The notes: generated by a model from the sequence alone, not told the origin. Counted from the first letter of the stretch, positions 12,008 to 22,306 are shown. The stretch: 64,000 bases of DNA from an uncultured bacterium (GCA_963695095.1 CAVOFT010000001.1:1088001-1152000); one strand, 5' to 3'. Made by a program: numbers and translations.

Positions 12008-12071
12008 TGTACACGTGTACAATCGACCGGCGATCCGCCCCCGGGGGCGGGAACCGGGTCCAGCCGGCTGG
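12008..12071. repeat. triple-palindrome element TGTACACGTGTACA / CCGCCCCCGGGGGCGG / CCAGCCGGCTGG
   Basis: Perfect palindromes at 12008-12021, 12035-12050 and 12060-12071 in a divergent intergenic region. Confidence 0.85.
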
Positions 12072-12202
12072 CCTTGCAGCCAGCCTCCTCACCAAACCCG
12101 CTCGCGATCGATTTCACGCTTGGCCGCCCCCGCGCCGGCGAGGATACTCCGCCACGAGGGCGGCAGTGCGCCCGTCCGACACCGCGCAGGAAAGGGCAGA
12201 GG

Positions 12203-13723
12203 GTGGCCGCGAGAAAGGCAAAGACAGCGCGGCGGGCCGCTGGAATCGGCGGTTCCCATCAGGAGAGGGGCTCTCTCGATCGCTTCTTCGCTGCTTCGCA
12301 AGGCCGTCCGCGCCGCGCCGTGGCAGAGCTGGTCGTGGCGGCGATCCTGCTCATCCTCTGCCTGATCAACTTCCGCGGCATCGCCGACAACGGCCTGGTC
12401 AACGACGATTTCGTCTGGCTGCACGATGCCCGCCAGGTGATGGAACCGGGCAATCTCGCCACGCACCGCGTCATCGGCTTCTTCCGGCCGCTCGTGAACG
12501 TCTCCTTCTGGGCGCAGGAGCAGCTCCTGCCCGGGCAGATCGAGTACTACAACCTGTTCAACCTGCTCGTGCACTGGCTCAACACCCTGCTGGTCTTCCA
12601 GCTCATCGCCCGCCTGGTCCCGGGCCGGCTCCACGCGCTGGCGGCGGCAGCGCTCTTCGCGATCTCGGACGATCACATCGGCGCCGTCCTGTGGATCAGC
12701 GCCAGGACGACCCTGCTTGCCGCCTGCTTCCTTCTCGCCTCCCTGGTCGTGTTGCTGTCGCCGGCCAGGCGGCGGCGGCTGGCGCTCGCCGCCGCGCTTC
12801 TCCTCTACTGCCTGGCCCTGGCCGCCAAGGAGACGGCCACCGTGGGTGGCCTGCTGGTGCTCCTGATCTTCCTGCTCACGCGCCGGCGCCAGGAGGGCGC
12901 ACTGCTGTCAGGCAGCGCCGTCATCGCCTACTTCGCCACGACCGCGCTGTATCTGGCTCTGCGCATGGCGCTCATGGGCGGCTTCGCGCAGGACACCTGG
13001 GGTCCGGGACCGCACGGCTTCCGCAACCTGGCCGCGGGCGCCTTCAACCAGCTCTACCCGCAGGCCCTCTTGCACAGCCTCTATCCCCCCGCCGTGCGGA
13101 TGCCCCAGTTCGCCAACCCCTGGATGCCGGAGCTGCTGGCGCTGCCGGCGCTGGGCCTGCTGCTCTGGCTGGGCCGGCGACTCGGTCGGGCCTACCCCGT
13201 GCTGCTGGGCATGGGCTGGATGCTGATCGCCCTCATCCCGGCGTCCTTCTTTCGCTACCGCTTCCAGCACTTCGAGTCGATCCAGCAGACCCGCTACTAC
13301 TACCTCGCCACGATCGGCGCCGTGCTCGTGTTCACCAGCCTGCTCGCCGTGCTGTGGGACTCGAAGTCGGCGCGGCGCCGCGTTGCCGCGGCCGCGATCG
13401 TTCTCCTTGCCGGCCTGGCCTGCCTGCGCTTCAACGACCGGGCCAGGGAGAAGTGGAGGGCGACGGGCGAGATCTACCGACCCTACATCGCCTCCGTCAT
13501 GCGCGCGCCGCTGCAGCACCCCGGGTTCTCGACGGTCGCCGTGGAAATCGCCGCCATGCCCTTCCCCTTCCTCCAGGCCGCCGTCAACTACGACATGCCC
13601 GGGCTCGAGCTGCGGGAAGTCGTCGGCGGCAGAGAGGTGGCAGCGGCCTGGCGGCCCTGCGTCTACGTCTGGTACTCCCAGGAAGGCGGCAGGGTGCAGG
13701 TGCACTACGAGGCGCTGCCCTGA
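12203..13723 (+). CDS. multi-pass membrane protein, GT-C/PMT-like glycosyltransferase
   Basis: NDDFVWL, FFRPLVNVSF, NLLVHWLN, AVLWISAR, ALAAKETA and RYYYL motifs with many TM segments; GTG start inferred. Confidence 0.65.
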   Translation: MAARKAKTARRAAGIGGSHQERGSLDRFFAASQGRPRRAVAELVVAAILLILCLINFRGIADNGLVNDDFVWLHDARQVMEPGNLATHRVIGFFRPLVNVSFWAQEQLLPGQIEYYNLFNLLVHWLNTLLVFQLIARLVPGRLHALAAAALFAISDDHIGAVLWISARTTLLAACFLLASLVVLLSPARRRRLALAAALLLYCLALAAKETATVGGLLVLLIFLLTRRRQEGALLSGSAVIAYFATTALYLALRMALMGGFAQDTWGPGPHGFRNLAAGAFNQLYPQALLHSLYPPAVRMPQFANPWMPELLALPALGLLLWLGRRLGRAYPVLLGMGWMLIALIPASFFRYRFQHFESIQQTRYYYLATIGAVLVFTSLLAVLWDSKSARRRVAAAAIVLLAGLACLRFNDRAREKWRATGEIYRPYIASVMRAPLQHPGFSTVAVEIAAMPFPFLQAAVNYDMPGLELREVVGGREVAAAWRPCVYVWYSQEGGRVQVHYEALP

Positions 13724-13821
13724 AGGGACGTGGTTGCCTCGATGGCGCCTCATGATCTGCTAGAGTCAGCCTCTCCGCTGCTTGGCCGAGCAATGGACAT
13801 CCGATCGGAAAGAGGAGGAGC

Positions 13822-14736
13822 GTGATGATGAGGCCGAAGATGAACCGACTACTGGTGACAACAGCGGCGCTCGCCGGATTTGCGCTGTGTCTCGTGGCGG
13901 TGGCACCGCAGGCACTGGCAGAGCCGACCCAGCTCACCAGCACCGGGGGAGCGCATCCCGCAGCCTCTCCGGATGGAAACTGGGTGGCCTTCGCGGTGCC
14001 GGGCGGCGGCATTGCCCGGATTTCAGCCGCTGGCGGAGCGCCTGAGCTGTTGTGCGCGAGCGGCGGCGAGCCGGACTGGGGACGTGCAGGGAGTCTGATC
14101 GTCTTCCGTGATGGTGAGGAGCTGTTCACGATCGATGCGGAAACGCAGGAGATCCAGCCGATCCGGCAGGGAGGTTTCGACGATGACCCAGCCTGGTCGC
14201 CAGCGGGAGATGAGATTGCCGCCCAGGGAACGTCAACGAGCATTGCCCTCATCGCATACCCAGGCGGGCAGGTGACGACGATTCCCTGCACCGACCCGGA
14301 TGGCAGCGGCTGCGAAGGCGAAGGGCCGACCTGGTCGCCCAATGCAGCACAGCTGGCGTTCGAGGATGGTCTGGACCTGCTGAAGGTCGCCCGCAACGGC
14401 GGTACCGCCGAGCTCATCTACCACTGCGAGTGGGATCTCGCCCAGCCTGCTTGGTCACCGGCTGGTCGCTGGATTGCCATCACGCGCGGCGATGCCGCTT
14501 CGTGGGAGAATAGTCACATCTGGATCGTCGACCAGGCAGGAGACGCTTTCGGACTCGTCCAGCAGACCATGGGCGATGCCGAGGACTACCACCCGGCATG
14601 GTCACCCGATGGCAGCCGGATCTACTTCCAGTCCAATCGCTCCGGGAGTACCGAGATCTGGGTGGTCGATGCCCAGGAAACGACGGCCACGGCCGCCTCG
14701 ACCTGGAGCCAGGTGAAGAGCTTCTACCGCGATTGA
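13822..14736 (+). CDS. secreted TolB-like PD40/WD40 beta-propeller protein
   Basis: Signal peptide; repeated PAWSP.G units; QSNRSGSTEIW; C-terminal ATAASTWSQVKSFYRD. Confidence 0.8.
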   Translation: MMMRPKMNRLLVTTAALAGFALCLVAVAPQALAEPTQLTSTGGAHPAASPDGNWVAFAVPGGGIARISAAGGAPELLCASGGEPDWGRAGSLIVFRDGEELFTIDAETQEIQPIRQGGFDDDPAWSPAGDEIAAQGTSTSIALIAYPGGQVTTIPCTDPDGSGCEGEGPTWSPNAAQLAFEDGLDLLKVARNGGTAELIYHCEWDLAQPAWSPAGRWIAITRGDAASWENSHIWIVDQAGDAFGLVQQTMGDAEDYHPAWSPDGSRIYFQSNRSGSTEIWVVDAQETTATAASTWSQVKSFYRD

Positions 14737-14835
14737 GATGGGCGTGGTCGCCCTGCCATGGCGGACGGAGCCACTCACAGACACGAAGCGGCTGCGGGAA
14801 AGCCCGCAGCCGCTCGCGTTTCCGCTCTCGCCCAC

Positions 14836-17295
14836 CTACTCGATGCCGATGCCGTCGATGAGAATCGCCGAGTCGAAGATGCTGTCGCCGATGTCGCCCG
14901 CCGCGAAGCGCAGGGTCACGGTCTGGCCGGCCCAGGGGGCGATGTTCAGGCTCAGCGCCCGCCAGCCCGTGCGGTAGACGCCGGCGTCGTCGCCCAGCGG
15001 GCCCTGATCGAACTGGATGCCCGCCGGCGTGACGTCGTCGCACATGTCGTCGATCTCGATCAAGAACAGCACGGTCTCGGTCTCGTCGGCCGCGATCACG
15101 CTCACCTGGAAGAAGTCCTGGAAGCCGCTGCCGCACCACTCGAGGAATTCCTCGGAGAAGAAGTTGTAGTTGAGGGCCAGCGTCGTCGCCCCGATCGGCA
15201 CGCAGACCACCTGGTTGATCTCGCCCGTGTTCAGCGTGTAGCCCAGGCCCGTGGAGACGATGCCCATCGCATTGCCGACGACGGGGCTCTGGTCGCCCAG
15301 CCGGGAGATCACGCGGCCGTCGCCCACGACATCCCAGGCCGCCAGCGTGCCCAGCGCGAAGTCGCCGTTCTGCAGCTCGGTGCCGTAGCTCAACTCGGCG
15401 TTGCCCGCCGCCGTGAAGGCCGCGTGGCGATGGCCGGGGTCCGTCTGCGGCGCGGCCGCGTGGGCCGGACCGCTGCGCAGGCCGCTCTCGAGGATGCCGC
15501 TCCAGAAGCTCAGCGAGGCCTCGTTGGCGAAGTCCACGCTGACGCTGGCGTCGAAGCCCGCCACGAACCCGGCGCCGCTGCCGAGCAGGGCCACGGGCCA
15601 GATGTTGTTGGTCGTCACGTCGCAGGCGGCGATCTGCAGCAGGGTGTCCGGGAAGCGCGTGTTGTACTTGGCGATGAAGGCCGCCTTCACCGCGAAGACG
15701 CTGACCCCCTCCACGCGCACGATGCACATGGCCGGGTTGGCGTCGAAGAGATCCCAGGCGTGGGCGAGGCAGCGCTGGTAACTCACGGTCTCGCCCGTGA
15801 GCAGGGCTACCTGGCCGCCGGCCAGCTGCGCCGAGTGCGTGAAGATGCTCACCGCGCCGTAGCGCTCCAGCGAGCGCAGGGCGTCCACCGTGGCCTCGTC
15901 GTCGGCGAGGAAGCGCAGGCCGAAGCTGGGGCAGTGGGCCGCCTCGAACATGGCCGCGACCGCCGCGCCGGGCTCGTCCACGCCGGGCAGTCCGGCCAGC
16001 CAGCTCGCGAAGGGGCTGTAGACGAGGGCCAGGTTCGAGTCCACCTCGTTCAGGTTGCCGAGATTGCGGTCCCCGGGCGCGCGGGGCAAGGCCGGCTCGC
16101 CCACGCTCATCAGATGCCGGGTGGTCGCCGGATCGCGGTGGGGCCGCGCCGCGCGCGGCAAGGGGGCCGGCTTGGCCGCGGCGCTCGCGCCGTAGACCGG
16201 GCCCAGGGCCGGGTCCACGAGGAGCACGCCCGCCTCGAAGCCGTTGTTGTAGACCGCCCAGATGCTGCCGCCGTCCGGCGACAGGTAGGCGTCCACGACG
16301 TGGTCCTTGGCATCCAGCCAGACCACAAGGGCCTCGCGCGCGGCATCCAGATCGCCGGCCCCGTTCGAGGAAGTTCTCCCAGCGCGCTTCCACGGAGTCC
16401 TGGTAGGCCAGGGCCACGTTGACGATGCCCTCCGTGGGCGGCAGGCGCACGGGCAGCTCGGTGATCACCGACCAGCTCGCATGCGGCAAGCCGGTCACGT
16501 TGGAGACGGCCCGGGCCAGGGCGCGCAGGTAGACCGTCTGCGGCGCCACGATGAAGAGGTTCTCGACGATCGCCGAGTAGTTGCCGTCGGCCATGATCTC
16601 GTCGCCGTTGTCGAGGTCGCCGTTGTCGGCGAGCGGCGAGAGCACGCTCACGCTGTCGCCGCTGTCCGTGACGCGGTAGAGCGCCACGCTCTGCACGTCG
16701 AGCGAGTCGGCCACCATGAGCTCGGCGACGACGCGCAGGTCCGTGGGGTCGGAGGCGGTGAGCCCCTGCGGCACCGCCACCGGCCCCCGCGTGAAGACGA
16801 GGTCCGTGCTCTGGATGGGCAGCTCGATGGCCGGCGTCCAGAGCGTGAGCGTGGCGCTGAGCGGCATTGCGGGCCGTGAGCAGGGCGGCGATGTGGAGCA
16901 GGCCCGGCTCGCCGTAGCTGAGCTCGGCCGCCACGCCCGAGTAGATCTTGTCGGCGGCCACCATGTCGGCGTCGCCGGCGTCGCCCGTGTCGGTGAGCGT
17001 GGCCAGGGTGCCGAGCGAGGCGCCCGCTCGCGCTCACGCTGTGCAGGACGACGCTCTCGAGCGCGTAGCCCGCCGGCGCTTCGGCCTTGAGGCGAGCGAC
17101 GAGGTCCACGGGGGTGTCCACGAGCAGCACCTGGCGGTCGATGCTGAGCGCCTCGAGCAGGGTGATCGCGGGGGCCTGGGGATCGTCGCCCGGGCCCTCG
17201 GTGCCGGGACTCGTGCTCTTCGAGCAGCCGCCGGGAATGAGGGCGGCGAAGAGGACCAGGGCTGCCAGGGCCCGGCCGGTATCCTGCAGGCGCAT
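14836..17295 (-). CDS. large lipoprotein with two choice-of-anchor-X-like repeats; several apparent frameshifts
   Basis: Lipobox IPGGC; GDAGDADMVAADKIYSG and DNGDLDNGDEIMADGNYSA repeats; C-terminal beta-sandwich ending GDIGDSIFDSAILIDGI; coding frame changes near 17020, 16865 and 16350-16390. Confidence 0.6.
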
Positions 17296-17422
17296 GCGGA
17301 TCTCCTTCTGTAGCGCGTGAGAGCGAAGGCTCTATCAGCTATCGGAAGGACGCGGGCGCCGCTTGAGGACAATGGAAAGCCCGGGCGGCGAGGGCCGGCC
17401 CGGGCGGGAGCTTGTCGACTAA

Positions 17423-19180
17423 CTAGCGCAATTTCATCAACTTGCCCGAGTGCACGGCCTCGCCGGCGGCGAGGCGGTAGAGGTAGAGCCCGGCCGGGAG
17501 TGCCCGGCCGGCCGCGTCGCGGCCGTCCCAGGCCAGGCGCTGCTCGCCGCCGGCCACGAGGCCGGTGGCGGGCGTCGCCACGCGGCGGCCGGCGCAGTCG
17601 AAGATCTCGAAGCGCAGCGTGGCGGGTCCGGCGAGCGCGAAGACGAGGCCCGTCTCGGCGCGGAAGGGGTTCACCAGCACGCGCGGCGCGGCGGCGAAGG
17701 CATCCAGCGCGGGCACGCCCACCGGCCAGTCGTAGTGGATCGTGATGCTCAGCTCGTCGTTGGCGGGGTTCTCGTCGCCGGCGAGCAGCGTGCGCGCGGT
17801 GAGCGTGTAGCTGCCGGGCGCAGGCGGCAGCCAGGCGGGATCCACGACCAGGGTGTCGATGGCCGCGAAGGGCAGGCTCCGCGTCCAGCTCCCCGCGCCC
17901 CAGCCGCCCTCCAGCTCGACGGTCACGCCGGCCTGGCCGGCGAGGCCGAAGTTCGTCGCCTGGATGATGAGGGGAATCGGCTCGCCGGCGCCGAACTGCT
18001 GGCCGTCTACCAGGCCGCCGAAGCGCAGGATGCCGGTGTCGTTGGCGTACACCGTGCCCAGCAGCCGATCGACGCCGAACTTGCAGAGGTAGTTGGTCAC
18101 CCAGGTCATGTCCTCGGTGACGGGGTCCGTGCTCTCGGCGAGGATGCCGCCGTCGTCGTCGGTGTCGTAGGAGAGCAGGGCGTCGGTGACGAGCTTGCCG
18201 TTGGCCCAGTAGGAGGCGTCGCCGGTCAGATCCCAGACGGCGAAGTGGGCGTTGGCGTAGGCCACGTTCCAGGAGGAGTCCCAGTCGTAGCCGGGCACGC
18301 TGTACCAGTCCTGCCAGATCTGGAGATACTGGCCATTCGTGGCGAGCCAGCTCTGCCCGAACGCCGGATCGTCCCGGAAGACCGAGTTGCAGACGCCCCA
18401 GAGCGCGGTGCCGCTGCTCATCGCCCAGTACTCCTCGGCCAGGCGCGTCGAGGGGTTGACGTTGATGTAGTTGAGCACGTCCGTGCCCTGCGCGACGGCC
18501 GCGTTCATGTAGACGCGCGTTGCCCACGGCCTCGCCGTAGAGGTAGAGGTTGCCGGCCGCCCAGCCCTTGCAGAAGGCGTCCAGGCGCTGGGCCCAGATC
18601 GTGCCGTCGATGACGAGCGGGTTGTCCACGATGTACTGCGCGCAGGTCTCGGCGTAGGCGTCGAAGCTCGGGTCGCCCGTGGCCGCCTTGTACATGAGCA
18701 CGGCGGTGAGGCCCCAGGCGCAGTTGTGCACGCGGTAGTAGTTGTCGTTCGCGGCGCCTTCCTCGAGCCAGGCCGGGTAGTTCGTCGAGTAGATCCAGGC
18801 GGCGGCCATGTTGTCGTCGTAGGCCGTGCTGCCGGTGAGCTGCTTGTAGCGCGACCAGCACCAGATGGCCTCCAGCGTGTTGTCGGTCTGGATGACGTTG
18901 CCGAGGTAGCCGCCCTCGGCCTCGATCTCGCCGCCGTAGTCGCTGGAATCGGGGTCGCTCACCTGCCAGACGGCGAGGAACTCGACGATCTGGTCGAACT
19001 CGCGCAGGTAGTTGAAGGGGCGCGAGCGCTCGGCGGCATCGCGCGCCCGCCGGCGGGGCCACCCTCGAGCCAGAGCTGCCAGTCGGCGTCCCCGTCAAGG
19101 GCAGGGTCGGGCGCCGGTGCGGTGGCGAGGGCGAGTGCGGGCAGGACGAGCAGGCAAAGGGCGACGGCGAGACGGCGCAT
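17423..19180 (-). CDS. secreted protein with putative alpha/alpha-barrel, CARDB-like and FlgD-Ig domains; apparent frameshifts
   Basis: Signal peptide MRRLAVALCLLVLPALALA; aromatic helical repeats (YKQLTGS, YKAATGD, WDLTGD); DENPAND; WDGRDAAGRALPAGLYLYRL; frame changes near 19040 and 18512. Confidence 0.65.
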
Positions 19181-19311
19181 GGCGGACCTCTCGGGCTGGA
19201 GACAGGCGGAACTCCATTATAGACCGAGCGCCCGACCCTCAACAAGCGGCGCTCTTGCAATCCTACGCCAACCGGGGCATCCTGCGGCCTTCCCTGACAG
19301 CATGAGGCGGC

Positions 19312-20187
19312 ATGGGCGAGCTTTACGCACTCGGCGCGGCCCTGGTCTGGGCCTTCGCGGTGATCTTCTTCAAGCGCTCGGGCGAGACGATGTCGCCCTT
19401 CGCGCTGAATCTCTTCCGCGTGGGCATCTCCCTGGTGGTGCTGGTGCCGATCCTGCTCCTGAGCGGCCAGCAGCTCTGGCGCCCCCTGCCCTGGCGCGAC
19501 TACGCCGTGCTGGCCGCCAGCGGCGTGCTCGGCATCGCCATCGCCGACACCTTCTTCCACCGCGCGCTGTTTCGCCTGGGCGCGGGCCTCACCTCCATCG
19601 TCGACTGCATGTACTCGCCCTTCATCGTGGGTTTCGCCTTCCTCATCCTCGGCGAGCGGCTGAGCCCCTGGCAGCTCGCGGGCATGGCCCTGGTGATCAT
19701 CGCCGTGTTGCTCACCACGCGGGCGCGCCTGCCAGAGGGCGTGGACCGCCGTGGACTGCTCGTGGGCATCGCCTACGGCGTGGCGGCGATGGGCACGATG
19801 GGCCTGGCCATCGTCTGGGTGAAGCCCGTGCTCGAGCGCACGCCCGTGCTCTGGGCGACCACCGTGCGCCAGATCGCGACCTTCGCCTTGATGGTCCCCG
19901 CGGCCCTCCTCCACCCGCGGCGCCGCCACCTGCTCGGCGTCTTCCGGCCCGCCGCGAACTGGCGCTTCAGCCTGCCGGGCACCCTGCTCGGCTCCTGTCT
20001 CGCCCTGCTGCTCTGGATCGGCGGCATGAAGTACACGCAGGCGGGCGCGGCGGCCATCCTCAATCAGACGAGCACCATCTTCATCCTGCTCCTGGCGACG
20101 GTCTTCCTGCGCGAGCCGCTCACGAAGCGCAAGCTCGTGGCCGTGCTGCTCGCCTTCGGCGGCATCGCCCTGGTGACGCTCGGCTAG
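19312..20187 (+). CDS. DMT/EamA family transporter
   Basis: 291 aa, about 10 TM, two EamA halves (ILGERLS, FLREPLT). Confidence 0.85.
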   Translation: MGELYALGAALVWAFAVIFFKRSGETMSPFALNLFRVGISLVVLVPILLLSGQQLWRPLPWRDYAVLAASGVLGIAIADTFFHRALFRLGAGLTSIVDCMYSPFIVGFAFLILGERLSPWQLAGMALVIIAVLLTTRARLPEGVDRRGLLVGIAYGVAAMGTMGLAIVWVKPVLERTPVLWATTVRQIATFALMVPAALLHPRRRHLLGVFRPAANWRFSLPGTLLGSCLALLLWIGGMKYTQAGAAAILNQTSTIFILLLATVFLREPLTKRKLVAVLLAFGGIALVTLG

Positions 20188-20203
20188 TCTTGATTCGTCA
20201 AGA
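20188..20203 (+). other. short hairpin TCTTGA-TTCG-TCAAGA directly after the EamA stop codon
   Basis: 6-bp stem with TTCG loop; no U-tract, so not called a terminator. Confidence 0.5.
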
Positions 20204-20259
20204 GGCCTGCGCATCAGCGGCCCCTGCGTGCGCCGATGGCTTTTCTCGTTGCGATGCAC

Positions 20260-20288
20260 TTGACCTATGCTCAGGTCCATAGTATAAT
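20260..20288 (+). promoter_or_regulatory. near-consensus sigma70 promoter of the HNH gene with inverted repeats in the spacer
   Basis: TTGACC-N17-TATAAT; CTATG-N8-CATAG (20265-20282) and GACCT-N6-AGGTC (20262-20277). Confidence 0.75.
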
Positions 20289-20336
20289 ACTGGCCTCTCC
20301 CCGCCTCCCGCGTCCTCGATCCTGCGAGGACTTTCC

Positions 20337-21350
20337 ATGGCCGAGTTCGTGCCGAATCTCCCCGCCGCCAAGGTTGATGCCCACCTGCGTGCGGCCGTCG
20401 CCGAGCTGCGCCGCGCCGAACAGAGCGCCGTACTCTGGTTCGCCGAGCTGATGCGCCGGCGCCTCTACCGCGACTGCGGCTACTCCAGCATTCATGCCTA
20501 CGCCGAGGCCGTGCTTGGCTTCGGGCAGGCGAAGACCTACCAGTTCGTCCGGCTGGCGGAGTCGCTGGATGGCCTGCCCGAATTGCGTGCCTCCGTGGAG
20601 GCTGGCGAGTTGCCCTGGACCAAGGCCCGCAGCGTGGCGGCGGTCGCCACGCCGCGCTCCGAAGGCAAGTGGATCGCCCTCGCGAAGGCGAGCAGCGCGC
20701 GTCAGCTCGAGTCGCAGATCCGCGAGAGTCGCCGCGAGGCGCAACGCCTTCCCGGCCAGGGAGACCTGCTGGGACCTGCCGCCGAGCCGCTACCCGCACC
20801 AGTGGCCAAGGTGCAGGTCAGCTTCACGCTCGAGCCCGAGCAGCACGCCCGCTGGCTGGCCATCGTCGAGCGCCTGCGCAAGCAAGGGCAGACCGGGACG
20901 AAAGAGGAGCTGCTGCTGGCTGCCTTCGCGGCACTGGCCGAGGCGGAGTGTACACGTGTACAAAGCGAGGCGCCGTATCAGGTCGTGATCTACCGCTGCG
21001 AGGACTGCGGCGCCGCCCGCCTGCCCGACAGGCGCTCCCTGGCGCCGGCGGTGGCCGCGCAGGTGGCCTGCGACTGCCGAACGCAGCGGGAAGACGCGCC
21101 CAATCGGGCATCGATCCCGCCGTCTCTTCGACGGCAAGTGCTTGCGCGCGACGGCCACCGTTGCCAGGCGCCGGGCTGCCGAGCAACGCGCTTCCTGGAG
21201 GTGCATCACCGGGAGCCACGCCGGCGGGGCGGGCGCAATAGCACGGCGAACCTGATCACCCTCTGCGCGGCCTGTCACCGCCTGCTGCACGAAAGCGGCG
21301 TAGGGCTTGACGCCGCGCTGCCGGTAGCGGCCTTGCCGAAGCCCGGCTGA
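20337..21350 (+). CDS. HNH endonuclease with a DUF222-like helical N-terminus
   Basis: C-terminal RDGHRCQAPGC...LEVHH...GG.N...NLITLCAACHRLLH; extra CEDC/CDC motifs; contains TGTACACGTGTACA at 20949-20962. Confidence 0.88.
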   Translation: MAEFVPNLPAAKVDAHLRAAVAELRRAEQSAVLWFAELMRRRLYRDCGYSSIHAYAEAVLGFGQAKTYQFVRLAESLDGLPELRASVEAGELPWTKARSVAAVATPRSEGKWIALAKASSARQLESQIRESRREAQRLPGQGDLLGPAAEPLPAPVAKVQVSFTLEPEQHARWLAIVERLRKQGQTGTKEELLLAAFAALAEAECTRVQSEAPYQVVIYRCEDCGAARLPDRRSLAPAVAAQVACDCRTQREDAPNRASIPPSLRRQVLARDGHRCQAPGCRATRFLEVHHREPRRRGGRNSTANLITLCAACHRLLHESGVGLDAALPVAALPKPG

Positions 21351-21442
21351 TGGCCGCTGACAGCGAGACCATCGGCAGGGGGACAAGGCGTCTGGGATGA
21401 GTCAGCGGAGGCGCTTGTGCGCATCTTCGTGCCGGATCGAGC

Positions 21443-22306
21443 CTAGTCCCGCGACTGGATGGCCAGCCCGCCCACGATGAGGGCGAGGCCGACCAGGGTG
21501 CCCGCGCGGATGGGCTCGTCCGCCACGCGGGCGATGAAGACCAGCGACAGGAAGGGCGCCAGGAAGATGAGGTTCGCCACGCGCGCCGCGCTGTCGGCCA
21601 GGCGCAGGGCGGTCAGCCAGAGCACGAAGGCAACGCTCATCTCGACGATGCCCACGTAGAGCGCGCCCCAGAGGCCCCGCCAGTCGGCGGGGACGAGCCC
21701 ATCGCCCAGGGCGCAGACGAGCAGGATGACGGGCAGGCCGCCGGCGAAGTTGAGGAAGAGGCTCGCCACCGGCGGCAGGCTGCCCCGCGTGTTGCCGATC
21801 CAGTAGAGCGCCCAGAGCAGGGTGGAGCCGAGGGCGAGGGCCACGCCGAGTCCGTCCGCCGGCCCGCCCTCGCCCTGGCGCGAGATGACGAGCACGCCGG
21901 CGTAGGCCACCAGGCCCGCCGCGAGCAGACGCGGGCGGAAGCGCTGGCCGAGCAGGGGGATGGACAGGATGCCCAGCGTGAGGGCCCAGGTGTAGTTGAG
22001 CGGCTGGGCCACCTGGGCGGGCAGGCGGTCGTAGGCGGCGAAGAGCACGAGGTAGTAGGCCGCCGGGTTGAGCAGGCCCAGCGCGAGGCCGCGCAGGACA
22101 GCCCCGCGCGGCGCGCTACGCAGCACGCCCAGCTCGCCGCGCGCGAGCAGTAGCCCGCCCAGGATGAGGAAGGCCACCGCCGCCGAGTAGGCGAGGAGCT
22201 GCGCCGGAGTCAGCGCGCGCAGGCTCAGCTTGAAGGCCGTGGCCACCGTGGACCAGAGCAGCACCGTGGCCAGGCCGAGGAGGGTGGCGCGGCGCTGCGC
22301 GTGCAT
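21443..22306 (-). CDS. DMT/EamA family transporter
   Basis: LLWSTVATAFKLSL, LPAQVAQPLNYTW and NLIFLAPFLSL motifs; about 10 TM. Confidence 0.85.
   Translation of the reverse strand: MHAQRRATLLGLATVLLWSTVATAFKLSLRALTPAQLLAYSAAVAFLILGGLLLARGELGVLRSAPRGAVLRGLALGLLNPAAYYLVLFAAYDRLPAQVAQPLNYTWALTLGILSIPLLGQRFRPRLLAAGLVAYAGVLVISRQGEGGPADGLGVALALGSTLLWALYWIGNTRGSLPPVASLFLNFAGGLPVILLVCALGDGLVPADWRGLWGALYVGIVEMSVAFVLWLTALRLADSAARVANLIFLAPFLSLVFIARVADEPIRAGTLVGLALIVGGLAIQSRD

Noticed and set aside
10058..12202. The 1221-aa ORF as a single giant protein
   Set aside because: The N-terminal 715 codons overlap liuE out of frame and the lipoprotein gene in antisense; only the part from about 12203 looks like a real protein.
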